A stretch of DNA of 64,000 nt from Trueperaceae bacterium (GCA_965213925.1 OZ243927.1:128001-192000), one strand, 5' to 3'. Shown: positions 1 through 10,554, counted from the stretch's first letter. The notes: generated by a model not told the origin, from the letters alone. Numbers and translations: made by a program.

Positions 1-646
1 CCTCCACGCCGAACTCTTTCATGAGGTCCAAAGTCATGTCGATAAAGGGTTTAGAAGTCAGCTCGCCCTCGACATGTAACGTCACGGCGTCCTCTGCGCA
101 AGGCGCAGCCATGAGGAGCGCGGAGAGGTACTGGGACGAACTGCTCCCCGCAATCCGCGTCTCGCCGCCTGAGAGCCCCGCCGCCTCGACGATGACAGGC
201 GGACACCCCGTCTCGAACTGCGTGCCCACGGTTGCGCCAAGCGGCTCTAGCGCGTTGAGCAAATCCTGAATCGGACGCTGCCGCATCCGCGCGTTGCCGT
301 CTAAGCGGTAGTGACCTCTTCCAAGCGCGACTAAAGCGGTGAGAAAGCGAATCGACGTACCGGAAAGCTTCAAATCTAGCTCTGCCGAGGCGTTAGGTAT
401 TTCGCCGCCGCGCCCATGCACCGTGAAGGTCGCGCCGTCCACCTCGACGCCGAAGCCGAGCGCGCGGAGCGCCCTGAGCATCACCTCGGCGTCCTCCGCG
501 ACGAGCCCGCCTTCTAAAACAGAGGTGCCGTCCGCTAGCGCCGCGACGACCAAAGCGCGGTTGGTGAGACTTTTGGAACCGGGGACGGAAAGCGTAGCGT
601 CAATGCCGAGTGTAGGAGAAATCTCGAGCACGTCAGGGTAGCGCAT
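1..646 (-). CDS. aroA: 3-phosphoshikimate 1-carboxyvinyltransferase (EPSP synthase), 5' part; runs off the window
   Basis: Minus-strand translation from ATG at 646 reads MRYPDVLEISPTLGIDATLSVPGSKSLTNRAL...SGTSIRFL...G.ARMRQRPI...SSQYLSALLM, the AroA signature motifs. Confidence 0.93.
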   Translation of the reverse strand, partial: MRYPDVLEISPTLGIDATLSVPGSKSLTNRALVVAALADGTSVLEGGLVAEDAEVMLRALRALGFGVEVDGATFTVHGRGGEIPNASAELDLKLSGTSIRFLTALVALGRGHYRLDGNARMRQRPIQDLLNALEPLGATVGTQFETGCPPVIVEAAGLSGGETRIAGSSSSQYLSALLMAAPCAEDAVTLHVEGELTSKPFIDMTLDLMKEFGVE

Positions 647-1042
647 CACGCGCCAAGATACCACGAACGTTAGTGTTACAAGCTAAGCCGTGAAACCTCG
701 TATAGAGCAGCTATACGCTCTAAGCTGCACCGACCACTTTCATGAGAAGAAGGTGTTCACACAGCCTTAATTCTGCCGTTTAGCGCTTTTTTTCGTACCT
801 CAGCACACAAAGTTACGAGGGGAGTTACGCTCTTATGGTGAGGACAAAAGCGAGCATATAGCTAATGAGAAACAACCTCGCGCAGGGCTGGTCAGAGCGA
901 CGCTCACCACGCTTTTGAGCCGTATGCGTTGAGCAAGGGGGGATAAGAACAGGCCGACTCAACAACACACCGAACTTCACTATGAACTGCATAGCGTACT
1001 GTCACGCGGCGCACAGCGCCACAATCCAGAAAGGAAGGCTCC

Positions 1043-4000
1043 ATGTCACCCCAGCCACGACCCAACTTGCAACGTTTCCACCTCATACCCCTTCTCCTTA
1101 CCCTGCTCCTCTTTACCGCCTGTGGCGACTTGGAGGGCTCCGCCATCACCCAGCCCGACGACAACGTCAGCGAGGACTCGGCTGTTCCAACCGGTGACTT
1201 CGGCGTGAGCGAGACCTTCGGCGGTCCCTACCTCAGCGACGCGGACGGCGCGATTACCGACGCCAGCGACGCGCGTGTTGTTTCTGTTGCGCCTGGGGGC
1301 TCGTTCTTCGTCCAGGTGGACTACGAAGACCCTAGTGGGATTACTACTATCGCGGTGAATTTGGTCAACAGCAGCCCCGAAGGTTTAGCGGGAACTTTAG
1401 ACCCGACGCAGAGCTTCTTTACCTTAGGCGAGCCCACAGGTATTAGTGAGCCCAGCGGCTGCGACCTCTCGGCTAATCCCACGAGCGTCACCTGTATCTA
1501 TGAAGTCCGGGTAGCTGAGGATGCGGTGAACATCTCTGAGCTTGAAGGTGCAGGCGACGAGTTTGCCTATGTGTTCCGTACGCAAGTCACGGATGCTGCT
1601 GGCAACACCTCAGATGAGGCGGAGCGGGGCTATGTGGTGGTTACGGGTGGTGATGGGGAGCCTGAACCTACACCCGAGCCGGAGACCTGCACGAACCCGG
1701 TAGAGATTCCTGACGAGTTACTGAGAAAAGTCCTTCGTGAAAACCTTCGACTCGGAGAAGATGCCACCATCACCTGCGAAGACTTGGCAAACCTAATTGA
1801 TTTCAGTTTCGAAGCGAACGACGGCGAGAACCGAGTTATGAGCTTTGAAGGCTTGCAGTACGCAGTCAACCTGAGAACGTTCACCGTTCCTACCCTGTTC
1901 GTTGAACCCGAACAACTCGAGCCACTTCGAAACCTTACTCGTCTCGAAGTGCTCACCACAGCGTTTGTTTTTAGGGAAGGCGATAACACGCCCACTTTCT
2001 TAGAAAATCTAACGAACTTAAAAGAGCTTTCGGTAAGATCAATAGCGGTCCTTGATCCCGAACCGGCTGTTAAACCCGAATTAAATATAAGCCCGCTGCA
2101 AAACCTTACGAAGCTTACCAATCTCCGCCTTTCCTTCTTTGATATCAACGACCTTAGTCCGCTGCAAAACCTCACAAGCCTTACTAGGCTAAACCTCACC
2201 TTTGATGATATTAGTGATATTACTCCTTTAGTCAACAACGAGGGGCTAAGCGAAGGGGACACGGTCAACCTCCGCGGCAATTCCCTCGAGACTTGTCCCG
2301 ACACTGAAGACCGCGCAGATATCAACGCGCTTATCGCTCGCGGTGTTGATGTTCTCTTCGACGAACCCGAGAACTGCGACGCGGATGGCGGAGATGGAGG
2401 CGACGGCTTCATCAGAGTCACCACCACCTCGGGCGCAGCCTCTTTAGAGGACGAATGTACCCTGCGAGCGGCGATTACGGCTGCGAATGCCGACGAAGCC
2501 GTGGGCGGTTGCCCGGCAGGAAGTGGCGCAGATGCGATTGTTTTGAGCGAAGGCGACCCCTACCTCCTCACCGAAGTCGACAACGAGACCGAGGGTGAAA
2601 ACGGTCTGCCCGCGATCACTAGCGAGATTGAACTGCTCGGCACCACGGGCGCTGAAATTATAAGAGCTGAAGGCACACCCGGCTTCCGTATCCTCTACGT
2701 TGCCGAGGGGGGCAACTTGAGCGTCGTCGAGGTTGTTATCTCGGGCGGCTCGAACTCGGCTAACTCTCCGTTCGGCGGCGGCATCTTCAACGCGGGCACG
2801 CTGACGTTAGAGAACGACACTGCCCTTAGAAACAATACAGGCATCGTAGGCGTTGGTCTCTACAACCGAGGTGAAGCCACCGTCCGCAACAGCCTCATCA
2901 CCGAGAATGAGGGGTCCAACGGCGCTGGCTTCTACAACGCGGGCACGCTCACGATGATCTCCAGTGAAGTGACCTCGAACAGCGACGGTGACGCCACAGG
3001 GTTTTACAATGAGGGCACGCTTACTATAGAGGCGAGCCGCATCGAGAATAACGAGACTTCAGCCACGGCAGGCGCGTTCATCAACGCGCCAGAGGGCGTC
3101 ATCGAGATGACCAGAGTGGACATCATCGGCAACTCGGACGACGGCAGCACTGTTATCAATAGAGGCGAGATGACCCTCACCGAGGTCGTTTACGATGGCA
3201 ACAGCGACGGCGTCAACAACTTCGAGGGGGGCACCCTAAACCTCATAGACAGCACTGTGAGCAACACAGGTCTGTCCTACGGACCAGGTCTTACGAACTC
3301 CGGTACGCTGCGCGTCGAGAACAGCACCTTTACGGGGAACCCCTTGGGCGGCATCGCGAATGCGGATAGCGGCACGGCGGAGATTACTAATAGCGTAGTG
3401 CAGGGTAATGGCACCGACGACGATAAAGGCGTCGGTATCAGCAACACCGGCACACTTACCTTGAGCGAGAGCACCGTGAGTAACCACACTGGCGGTGGCA
3501 TCTTGAACGTCGGTTTAATGGAGATTGACGCGAGCACAATTGAGGACAACGGTCCTTTCGTTGACGGTATTGTCAACACGGAGGAAGGTACTCTCACACT
3601 GACGCGGAGCCTCATCGACGGCAACGGCTCATATGGTGTCAGAAACGGCGGCGGGATGACCTTTACCAATAACACCGTGCTCAACAACTTCACGGGCGGC
3701 GTCAAAAACTTGGCAACGGGCGAACTCGAGGTCGCGTTTAGCAGCATCTTCGGCTTTGGGTCAGGTTTCATTACGAGCATCAGCAACGAGGCGGACGCAG
3801 CGTCGGTCACGGTCTTAGGCACTTTTCTTGACACCGAATTTGATTTCGGTTGTGGACCCAACGACGCGCTCACCTCTAGGGGCTATAACTACTACAATAG
3901 TGATGAGGTTTGTAGCTTCACGCAAGAAACCGATATCGTCGGCGAGGCGTTCCCGTTCGGTCTTTTGCAAGATAATGGCGGTCCTACCCTTACGCGGGCG

Positions 4001-4129
4001 TTGGAAGCGGACAGCGTTGCGGTCGATTACATCCCCGCTGATGTCTGTAACGTTGACACCGACCAGCGCGGCGTCTCGCGTCCGCAAGGCGAAGCGTGCG
4101 ACATCGGGGCGTTTGAGTTAGAGCAGTGA
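1043..4129 (+). CDS. Large multidomain lipoprotein: lipobox, N-terminal beta-rich domain, internalin-like LRRs, CSLREA domain, beta-helix repeats, choice-of-anchor Q C-terminus
   Basis: LFTAC lipobox; LxPLxNLTxLxxL repeats; VTTT...ECTLRAAITAAN (CSLREA); GGGIFN.GTLTL repeats; LQDNGGPT...DQRGVSRPQG..CDIGAFE. Confidence 0.8.
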   Translation: MSPQPRPNLQRFHLIPLLLTLLLFTACGDLEGSAITQPDDNVSEDSAVPTGDFGVSETFGGPYLSDADGAITDASDARVVSVAPGGSFFVQVDYEDPSGITTIAVNLVNSSPEGLAGTLDPTQSFFTLGEPTGISEPSGCDLSANPTSVTCIYEVRVAEDAVNISELEGAGDEFAYVFRTQVTDAAGNTSDEAERGYVVVTGGDGEPEPTPEPETCTNPVEIPDELLRKVLRENLRLGEDATITCEDLANLIDFSFEANDGENRVMSFEGLQYAVNLRTFTVPTLFVEPEQLEPLRNLTRLEVLTTAFVFREGDNTPTFLENLTNLKELSVRSIAVLDPEPAVKPELNISPLQNLTKLTNLRLSFFDINDLSPLQNLTSLTRLNLTFDDISDITPLVNNEGLSEGDTVNLRGNSLETCPDTEDRADINALIARGVDVLFDEPENCDADGGDGGDGFIRVTTTSGAASLEDECTLRAAITAANADEAVGGCPAGSGADAIVLSEGDPYLLTEVDNETEGENGLPAITSEIELLGTTGAEIIRAEGTPGFRILYVAEGGNLSVVEVVISGGSNSANSPFGGGIFNAGTLTLENDTALRNNTGIVGVGLYNRGEATVRNSLITENEGSNGAGFYNAGTLTMISSEVTSNSDGDATGFYNEGTLTIEASRIENNETSATAGAFINAPEGVIEMTRVDIIGNSDDGSTVINRGEMTLTEVVYDGNSDGVNNFEGGTLNLIDSTVSNTGLSYGPGLTNSGTLRVENSTFTGNPLGGIANADSGTAEITNSVVQGNGTDDDKGVGISNTGTLTLSESTVSNHTGGGILNVGLMEIDASTIEDNGPFVDGIVNTEEGTLTLTRSLIDGNGSYGVRNGGGMTFTNNTVLNNFTGGVKNLATGELEVAFSSIFGFGSGFITSISNEADAASVTVLGTFLDTEFDFGCGPNDALTSRGYNYYNSDEVCSFTQETDIVGEAFPFGLLQDNGGPTLTRALEADSVAVDYIPADVCNVDTDQRGVSRPQGEACDIGAFELEQ

Positions 4130-4159
4130 CGCTTTAGGCTAAATCTTCAACCGTCAGTT

Positions 4160-4187
4160 AGGAGGCTGCCCCGAGAGGCAGCCTCCT
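4160..4187 (+). terminator. Hairpin terminator after the lipoprotein gene
   Basis: AGGAGGCTGCC-ccgaga-GGCAGCCTCCT inverted repeat. Confidence 0.65.
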
Positions 4188-4239
4188 TAATGCACTCCCC
4201 TTGACGCCCCCTTGAACCGTACCGCTTTATAGTAGAGAC

Positions 4240-4674
4240 ATGAGCGTACCCGACCCACTCCAGACCATCGTCAGTAACTTCAGCAGCGCCCCCAAACAAC
4301 TCCGGCTCCAGATGCTCTTGGAGTATTCCAAAAAAGTCCCGCCCCTCCCGGCTGAGCTAGAAGACAGCCGCGACCAGATGGAAAAGGTCCACGAGTGCCA
4401 AACCCCCTTTTTCATCGCCACCGAGTTCCCGGACGATGAGCGCGTCGTCTTCCACTTCGACGCGCCGCCCGAAGCGCCCACCACAAGAGGCTTCGCGGGC
4501 ATCTTGTCCGAAGGGCTGAGCGGCTTAGCGCCCGAGCAGATTTTAGAGACGCCCGACGACTTCTATCTGCAGATGAAACTCGGCGAGGTTATTTCGCCCT
4601 TGAGATTGCGCGGTATGAGCGCAATTATGGGGAGACTCAAAAGGCAAGTCAGCGAGCACGTCCAGGCGGCGTAG
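4240..4674 (+). CDS. sufE: SufE family cysteine desulfuration protein
   Basis: LLEYSKKVPPLP, VHECQTP (catalytic Cys), APTTRGFAGIL, ISPLRLRGM. Confidence 0.85.
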   Translation: MSVPDPLQTIVSNFSSAPKQLRLQMLLEYSKKVPPLPAELEDSRDQMEKVHECQTPFFIATEFPDDERVVFHFDAPPEAPTTRGFAGILSEGLSGLAPEQILETPDDFYLQMKLGEVISPLRLRGMSAIMGRLKRQVSEHVQAA

Positions 4675-4683
4675 AGTCCCAAC

Positions 4684-5415
4684 CTAATTTGTGGGTGCTA
4701 GAGATTTCTCGAGCCTACCCGCAAACCCCGCCACCTTCTCTTCGGCGTCCCCGACGAGCGGCGCACCGTGCCCCAGACCTAGCGTTTGGGGCTTTAACAT
4801 GGCGACCTTCTGAACCGAACGCTTCGCCTCGTCCATATCGGGTGTATAGGCTCCTAAGGGAAGATGCAGCCAGGGCAAGAGGTGCATCATCACGTCACCA
4901 CCGAGTAGAACGCGCTCTTCGGGGAGCCAGTAGCCGACCTGTCCGGGGCTGTGACCGGGCAGATGAATGGCAAGCAGATTTTTACGCACCGCGCTCAAGA
5001 TGTCGCCCTCTTCGAGTTCGTTGTGAACGGGAGCAGGCGGTTGCCTCGAGCCTACAAACGCGCCGATAAGTCCGCCTATAGTTTTGTCGAATAGGCTGAG
5101 TTTTGACCTATCCGGATAGGGCGGCAGCTCACCTCTTAGGATGTGCGGCGTGTCTAGGCGGTGCGCCCACACCTCCGCGTTCGTCGCGGTTTGCAGCTCT
5201 TTAAGCCCGCCGACGTGGTCGACATGCGCGTGCGTCACGAGGATGTGTTTAATGTCTTTAAGTGCAAAACCGCTTTTTAGCAACACTTTTTTGAGCTTGT
5301 CTTTGACGCCGTAAACACCAGCGTCCACGAGCGCGAGACCCTCTTTGCCCTCGAGCAAAAACACGTTCGCCTTGCCTGTGTCGATTTGGTAAATGCCTTT
5401 CGCCAGCCTTTTCAC
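4684..5415 (-). CDS. MBL-fold metallo-hydrolase
   Basis: THAHVDHVGG, PGHSPG, GGD and LGHG metal-binding motifs. Confidence 0.88.
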   Translation of the reverse strand: MKRLAKGIYQIDTGKANVFLLEGKEGLALVDAGVYGVKDKLKKVLLKSGFALKDIKHILVTHAHVDHVGGLKELQTATNAEVWAHRLDTPHILRGELPPYPDRSKLSLFDKTIGGLIGAFVGSRQPPAPVHNELEEGDILSAVRKNLLAIHLPGHSPGQVGYWLPEERVLLGGDVMMHLLPWLHLPLGAYTPDMDEAKRSVQKVAMLKPQTLGLGHGAPLVGDAEEKVAGFAGRLEKSLAPTN

Positions 5416-5447
5416 GGCGCAGATGCCTTCATAAATGCACTTTACTC

Positions 5448-5849
5448 CTAAGTCTCTGCGAGTTCGCGTAAATTTACCATCACCTCGGGTAAGACCTTCT
5501 GAAAGCGTCGCCCTAAAAGAAAGCCGAACAGCGGCGCAAGCGTTCCTGTAAAACTGACCTCATGGGTGAAGGCTGTTCTGGTCTTTGAAAAATAACGGCG
5601 CACGTGAAGTTTAGCAAGCGGTAAATTCGTTGTAAAAGTATAGTCTTGCTCAGGGATGAGTTCGGTGACGGTGAAGCTCGTTTTTGGTCCGGTCCTAGGC
5701 GTCAGCGTTCCCTTTGCGCCGAGCTTGAATTCGCTGTTTAGAGTTGCGCTTTCAATCTCTGTGTCCCATTCGTGCCACGTTTCGACCTCGAGCCAACGCC
5801 GCCACACCTCTTCGGGCGCGTTCGTTTCTAGCGTATGAGAAAAGGTCAT
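5448..5849 (-). CDS. SRPBCC/polyketide cyclase-like protein
   Basis: MTFSHTLET.APEEVW...WHEWD pattern; start reassigned to ATG at 5849, downstream of a GGAGGG RBS-like motif. Confidence 0.75.
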   Translation of the reverse strand: MTFSHTLETNAPEEVWRRWLEVETWHEWDTEIESATLNSEFKLGAKGTLTPRTGPKTSFTVTELIPEQDYTFTTNLPLAKLHVRRYFSKTRTAFTHEVSFTGTLAPLFGFLLGRRFQKVLPEVMVNLRELAET

Positions 5850-5871
5850 CTCGACGCCCTCCGCCAACCTT

Positions 5872-6294
5872 TCATAGTGTGCCGAATAGGTAGCGAAAAG
5901 GCAGGGCAAAGAGCAGAGCAATAACCCAAACTATGAACAAAATGGTCAGGAAGATAAGCCCTACCTCTCTATTTCCACTCGCTAGAGCGGGTAGAGCCGC
6001 TGCCGCCAACCACGCTGTCTTATAAAACAGTTGAATCAGCAGGATCACGCTGAATTTTAGGGGTTGGGAGAGCCCGAGTGTCGAAGCGAGACCGAGCGCC
6101 AGCCACAACGCGCCGAGGATGCGGAGGTAGACGTCGACCTCGGTTCCGCCCGCGAAGATGTACTGCGACGCCAAACGGGGCGCGAAGAGGGTTGTTAAGC
6201 CAACTGCGCCAGCGCCTAAAATAGCGACGGCGTACATGACGCGCATCAGGGAGAGCGAAGAGGTAGAGAGGCTAAGATCAGCAGCGTTTAACAT
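5872..6294 (-). CDS. Small integral membrane protein (about 4 TM)
   Basis: 140 aa hydrophobic ORF with an AAAGGA RBS, co-oriented with the cluster. Confidence 0.7.
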   Translation of the reverse strand: MLNAADLSLSTSSLSLMRVMYAVAILGAGAVGLTTLFAPRLASQYIFAGGTEVDVYLRILGALWLALGLASTLGLSQPLKFSVILLIQLFYKTAWLAAAALPALASGNREVGLIFLTILFIVWVIALLFALPFRYLFGTL

Positions 6295-6371
6295 GGTTTA
6301 TCCTTTCGTTCGTCTTTCAAGTGCGTCAACACGGATTTCGATTGGACGTTTAGGTAAGAGGTTGGCTCGAG

Positions 6372-7304
6372 CTACTTATTGTCAGCGAAACCGTCAGTTA
6401 GAAACTCGAGTATTACCCTATTGACCTCTTCGGGCTTTTCTTGGTGAACGAAGTGACCTGCGTCTAGCATCACCGTCTTGGGTTCCGTCTCCGTCCACTC
6501 GTGGTTACGCGCGTGCCCCGAGGCGAGCAAAAACTGGTCTTGTGCACCGTGAATCACGAGCGTGGGCGCTTGCACTTTAGGTAGCGCAGGGTTGACCTCA
6601 TAAGGCTCGCGCGGATAGTTCACCTCATAGAACGACGACACGGCGCGGTGGTCGGTGCGGGCATCGGCAACGGTGTAGAGGAGCCAGCCGGGTGGGTCGC
6701 GCAAGACGCCTAGAGGCCCGACGCGGAAGAGGGCGCGAATATCGGCGTCGCCGCGCTGCATCTTGCGGGCGTACTCGCTCGCTTCGTGCTGCGCGGGGTT
6801 CGCGGTGAGTTCTTCGGCAAACGCATTGGGGTGGGGCACGCTCAAGATGGTGAGTTTGTCCGTCATTTCGGGATGCAAGGTGGCGAAGAGCCACGCGACA
6901 AGTGCACCGGAGTCGTGTCCAACGATATGTCCACGTTCGTACCCCTCTTGCCGGATGACCGCCGCGACATCTTCAACCACGTGCTGCGTTGCGTAAGCCT
7001 CTCGTTCTTCGGGTTTGTCTGAACGGTTGAAGCCGCGCTGGTCAACTGCGACGACGCGAAAGCCCGCAGCCGCGAGAGGTTCAATCTGTTGCCGCCATGA
7101 GTACCAGAACTCGGGAATACCGTGAACGAGCACCACCAGCGGACCTCTTCCCAAGCTGACGTAGTGCGTTTTCACGTCGTTATGCTCAGCGAAGTTGTGT
7201 TCGATACGTCCTGATATGCCGCCGAATATACGAACTGCGCCACTTGCCACGGCGACCGAAGCCAAAGTAAGACCTAGAAAAGTAAAGATACGTCTTGAAC
7301 GCAT
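6372..7304 (-). CDS. Alpha/beta hydrolase, epoxide-hydrolase-like, with an N-terminal hydrophobic segment
   Basis: HGIPEFWYSWR, DQRGFNRSDKP, GHDSGA (Asp nucleophile), AGHFVHQE; start MRSRR at 7304 after GGAGG. Confidence 0.85.
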   Translation of the reverse strand: MRSRRIFTFLGLTLASVAVASGAVRIFGGISGRIEHNFAEHNDVKTHYVSLGRGPLVVLVHGIPEFWYSWRQQIEPLAAAGFRVVAVDQRGFNRSDKPEEREAYATQHVVEDVAAVIRQEGYERGHIVGHDSGALVAWLFATLHPEMTDKLTILSVPHPNAFAEELTANPAQHEASEYARKMQRGDADIRALFRVGPLGVLRDPPGWLLYTVADARTDHRAVSSFYEVNYPREPYEVNPALPKVQAPTLVIHGAQDQFLLASGHARNHEWTETEPKTVMLDAGHFVHQEKPEEVNRVILEFLTDGFADNK

Positions 7305-7306
7305 TT

Positions 7307-8293
7307 TTATGCCTCCTGAGGGGCTCGAGCCGAACCTCTTCTGAAAATAATAGCGAGGGCTGACAGAACAACTACGGCGACGATAGACCCAAATACCCCT
7401 ATCGTCAAGGCGTCCGGTTGAATGATGGGCTGCGCCTGGAGCGCTTGCCAGGTGACGAGCAGCACAACACCCAAATAACCCGCTGACCCCGTCCACACGA
7501 GCGCGGTTTGTTGACCTCGACTCAGCTTGCTCAATCTGCGGCGGCGCGTCACGAACCAGCCCAAAAAGGGAATCACTTGGAGCGCGTGCATCCCGATAAA
7601 GTGACCGATGCGCAGGTCGCCCCCTTGGGTGCTCCAGTTGACGAAGGGTAGACCCTCTCCCCCATCCGGCACGCCGACGCTGTGTGCACCGACGATAGTA
7701 ACGGGCTCACCCGTCTCCCACTGCGCCATCTGCAACGCGGTTGGGTTCGTCATCAGATAGCCCAGACCCATGCCGATGATCGTAATGATGAGCCCTAAGC
7801 GGAGCGACCAGGCGAAGGCGGGGTTGTCGAAGCGCTCGAGCAGCAAAAGCCCTGCGATAACGAAGTTGGCAACCCATAAGATCATGATAGAGACCGCCAT
7901 CAGCCCCCAAAGCGCGGCGTCGAACGTCGAGGAGATGTTGAAGTGACTTGTCGTGCCTCTTGCTGCTTGCGTCACGATACCGACCCACTCAGCGGCAAAG
8001 GTCAGCGCCACTGTCCAGCCGAGGATGTTCACGAGCCGTTTGCGCCAGAGTTTCTCCGTGCGGATAAAGCTGAGCAGCCAAAGCAGCGTGAAGGTATAGA
8101 TGCTCACCGAAATGGCAAATTTGGTCGGCTTGAGCCAAGCGGGGAGACCCGTGATGACACGCTCGTCTAAAAAAATGCCCGCAGTGAAGAAGGCGAGGAG
8201 TCCGAGGGTCAGAAAGCCGGAGACGGTCAAGGGGGCGTGGGTGTGCCAGAGGCGGCGGATGAAAGTGGTGGGGTTAGGCGGGTTTAAGGTCAT
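7307..8293 (-). CDS. Conserved multi-pass membrane protein
   Basis: W.KP.KFAIS, QAARGTTSHFN, GAHSVGVPDGG, GGDLRIGHFIGMHALQ motifs. Confidence 0.75.
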   Translation of the reverse strand: MTLNPPNPTTFIRRLWHTHAPLTVSGFLTLGLLAFFTAGIFLDERVITGLPAWLKPTKFAISVSIYTFTLLWLLSFIRTEKLWRKRLVNILGWTVALTFAAEWVGIVTQAARGTTSHFNISSTFDAALWGLMAVSIMILWVANFVIAGLLLLERFDNPAFAWSLRLGLIITIIGMGLGYLMTNPTALQMAQWETGEPVTIVGAHSVGVPDGGEGLPFVNWSTQGGDLRIGHFIGMHALQVIPFLGWFVTRRRRLSKLSRGQQTALVWTGSAGYLGVVLLVTWQALQAQPIIQPDALTIGVFGSIVAVVVLSALAIIFRRGSARAPQEA

Positions 8294-8325
8294 CGTCGTA
8301 CTCCTTATCGTTTGGCTCTAGCAAA

Positions 8326-9096
8326 TTAGCTTTGACTCAGTGAAGTTTTAGGCGATACGGCTCGAGGCGACTCGCTCACCTGTCTCAGCCAGAAGTTTCT
8401 CAGCGTGATGATGTGAATGAGGATGCCGAAGGGCGGTCCGAAGAAGAGTGGAATGAGCGTAATGGGGAACATGGGCACATACCCAGCAGTTTCAAAGTTG
8501 AAAATGGCTGCTGACGCGGGCGCAACGATGAGGTCGAGGATGCCGAAGGCAGTCCAGGCGACAAAGAGCCACTTGTAGCGTTCACCACCGCGTAGGACAA
8601 GCCAGGCGACGGGCAGCGCGAAGACGCCCGTGAGGATGTCACCGTAGCCTGCAGGATACGCAAAGCCGCGCGTTACTAGCCCTTCTGTCATATAGGGGAA
8701 GAGAAAGAGAAAGCCGAGCACGCGGTAGAACTGCAAGGTGATGAGCCAATGCGTAGGAATAGCTCTGATGAGGTCTCCAACAACCTTCGTAAACGAGAGC
8801 AGCGTACCCCCAATGATGGGGATAAGCGCGAAGAAAGCGATGTCTCTGAAGTTGAGCGGACCTGCTTGACTGGTCGCTAAAGCAGCACCGAACCAGAGGG
8901 CGATCAAGCCGAGCAGATACCAGTGCGCCTGACTGCGCAGGTGGTTTTTAAGCCCTCCTGTGCGCGGTGCTTGTGAGCGCTGCGCCGAAAGCGCGACAGC
9001 GTAACCGACGAACGCGCCACACGCCATGAGGACGAAGACGCCGCTACCTATAAGCGTAAATGTAACCAAGAAGTTCTGAGTTCCTGAAAGTGTCAT
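8326..9096 (-). CDS. Multi-pass membrane protein
   Basis: LQFYRVLG...FAYPAGYGDILTG...FGILDL...PLFFGP...H pattern; AGGA RBS. Confidence 0.72.
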   Translation of the reverse strand: MTLSGTQNFLVTFTLIGSGVFVLMACGAFVGYAVALSAQRSQAPRTGGLKNHLRSQAHWYLLGLIALWFGAALATSQAGPLNFRDIAFFALIPIIGGTLLSFTKVVGDLIRAIPTHWLITLQFYRVLGFLFLFPYMTEGLVTRGFAYPAGYGDILTGVFALPVAWLVLRGGERYKWLFVAWTAFGILDLIVAPASAAIFNFETAGYVPMFPITLIPLFFGPPFGILIHIITLRNFWLRQVSESPRAVSPKTSLSQS

Positions 9097-9117
9097 TATT
9101 TGTGTGTCCTTCCTGAA

Positions 9118-10554
9118 TTAACTGCGTAGGGTGGAGGGGCGGGCTTGGAGGCTCTGAATGGCTTCGGTTGAGAGCGCTAAGTCAGCAGGCGTGACCTCGC
9201 GGCGTAACGTGTCTTTCAAAGTTCCCCGTAAAACCCGCACCACCGCGCTCGGCTTCATCAGGGAGGAGGGCGGCTCCATCATGTTGATCATCCGCTGAAA
9301 GGTCGCGCTTAAAAACTCGTCGTGAAGGGCTTGCTTTAAGAAGAGGTCGCCGTAGCGGTGGATGAGGCGTTTGCCCAAACCTGCGTCTGCACCATTGAGT
9401 TGGACCCCTTGCCAGCGCAAATCTTCACCCGTCGCCACCATCCAGGGAGCCGCGACGACTTTAGAAACTGCCTGCTGAACGCGCCGCGCGAAGCGTTCGC
9501 TCGTCGTATCCGAAGAGGTGCGTAAGACTTTTTGTAAAGCGAGCGCTTCCAAAGCCCGCGTCGTGATGCCCTGCCCATAAATTGGATTAAAGGCGCACAC
9601 TGCGTCGCCCATAACGATGAAGCCAGCCGGACGCCTCGAGAGCCTTTCAAAGTGACGCAGCCTGTTCGTCGGCGTGCGGTAGCCGCGAATCGGGGTGAGC
9701 GGCTCCGCGACGCGAATCGCTTCGTAGAGGCTGGGGTCAGGCAAGTCCTTTGCCCAAGCCATAAAACCGTTTTCGTCCGTCGGGGGAAAGTGACCTGCGA
9801 AGCCGCCCACCGTCACGTGCCACACACCGTTCTCAATCGGCAGGATGAGCCCCGCTCTCGGGTTGTGCGGCGGGCGTCCGTTCATCAAAAGACCTGCCCA
9901 CTCGGAGGGGAAGTTCGCGGGTTTTTTGTAGTAGCGCGAGGCGTAGCCCAAACCGGAGTTGATGACCTCTTCGGGGGGCGCGTCGTAGCCTAAAGATTCC
10001 AACCATGTCGGCGCTTTTGAATGCCTACCGCTTACGTCTACAACGAGGTCAGCGTAGAGCGTTTCGACCTCTTGTGAAGCGTCTCGGTAACGCACCTGAG
10101 CGCCCATCACGCGGTGCTTATCAGGCGTGGCGATGAGCCCCGTGACTTCGGCTTGGCTGATGAAGGTGACGTTGCTGGTCTCTTTAAGACGCTCTCTGAC
10201 GTGATGCTCGAGCAAAACCCGACTCGCCCAAACGCCTTCAGTGTCCTCCTCGTAGATAGGCAGCTTGCCCGCTGGCGACACCACCACGATAGGTCCTTGG
10301 GTGGTCGCGCCCGCCTCACGCAAATCCTGCATGATGCCAGGGAAAAGCTCCGCGATAATCTCTTGACCCCGCATCAAGATGCCGTGCGCGTGGCGCGACT
10401 GCGGGACGCCGTTTCTATGCTCGGGCGTCTCGGGAAAGGTGTCGCGGTCTAGGATGGTGATTTTGTCGAAGCGTTCTGCGAGCACTCGCGCCGCGAGCAG
10501 CCCGCCCATGCTTCCGCCGATAATCAGTGCGTGTTTCTGCTGGACTTTTTTCAT
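9118..10554 (-). CDS. FAD-dependent oxidoreductase/monooxygenase (epoxidase/hydroxylase-like)
   Basis: IIGGSMGGLLAA Rossmann motif, GVPQSRHAH, DVSGR, GDAVCAFNPIYGQG. Confidence 0.88.
   Translation of the reverse strand: MKKVQQKHALIIGGSMGGLLAARVLAERFDKITILDRDTFPETPEHRNGVPQSRHAHGILMRGQEIIAELFPGIMQDLREAGATTQGPIVVVSPAGKLPIYEEDTEGVWASRVLLEHHVRERLKETSNVTFISQAEVTGLIATPDKHRVMGAQVRYRDASQEVETLYADLVVDVSGRHSKAPTWLESLGYDAPPEEVINSGLGYASRYYKKPANFPSEWAGLLMNGRPPHNPRAGLILPIENGVWHVTVGGFAGHFPPTDENGFMAWAKDLPDPSLYEAIRVAEPLTPIRGYRTPTNRLRHFERLSRRPAGFIVMGDAVCAFNPIYGQGITTRALEALALQKVLRTSSDTTSERFARRVQQAVSKVVAAPWMVATGEDLRWQGVQLNGADAGLGKRLIHRYGDLFLKQALHDEFLSATFQRMINMMEPPSSLMKPSAVVRVLRGTLKDTLRREVTPADLALSTEAIQSLQARPSTLRS

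Noticed and set aside
1630..3873. Long antisense ORFs (1630-2427, 3277-3873) and many similar shadow ORFs across the window
   Set aside because: They overlap well-supported genes on the opposite strand or in another frame and carry no recognisable motifs, as expected in GC-rich DNA.
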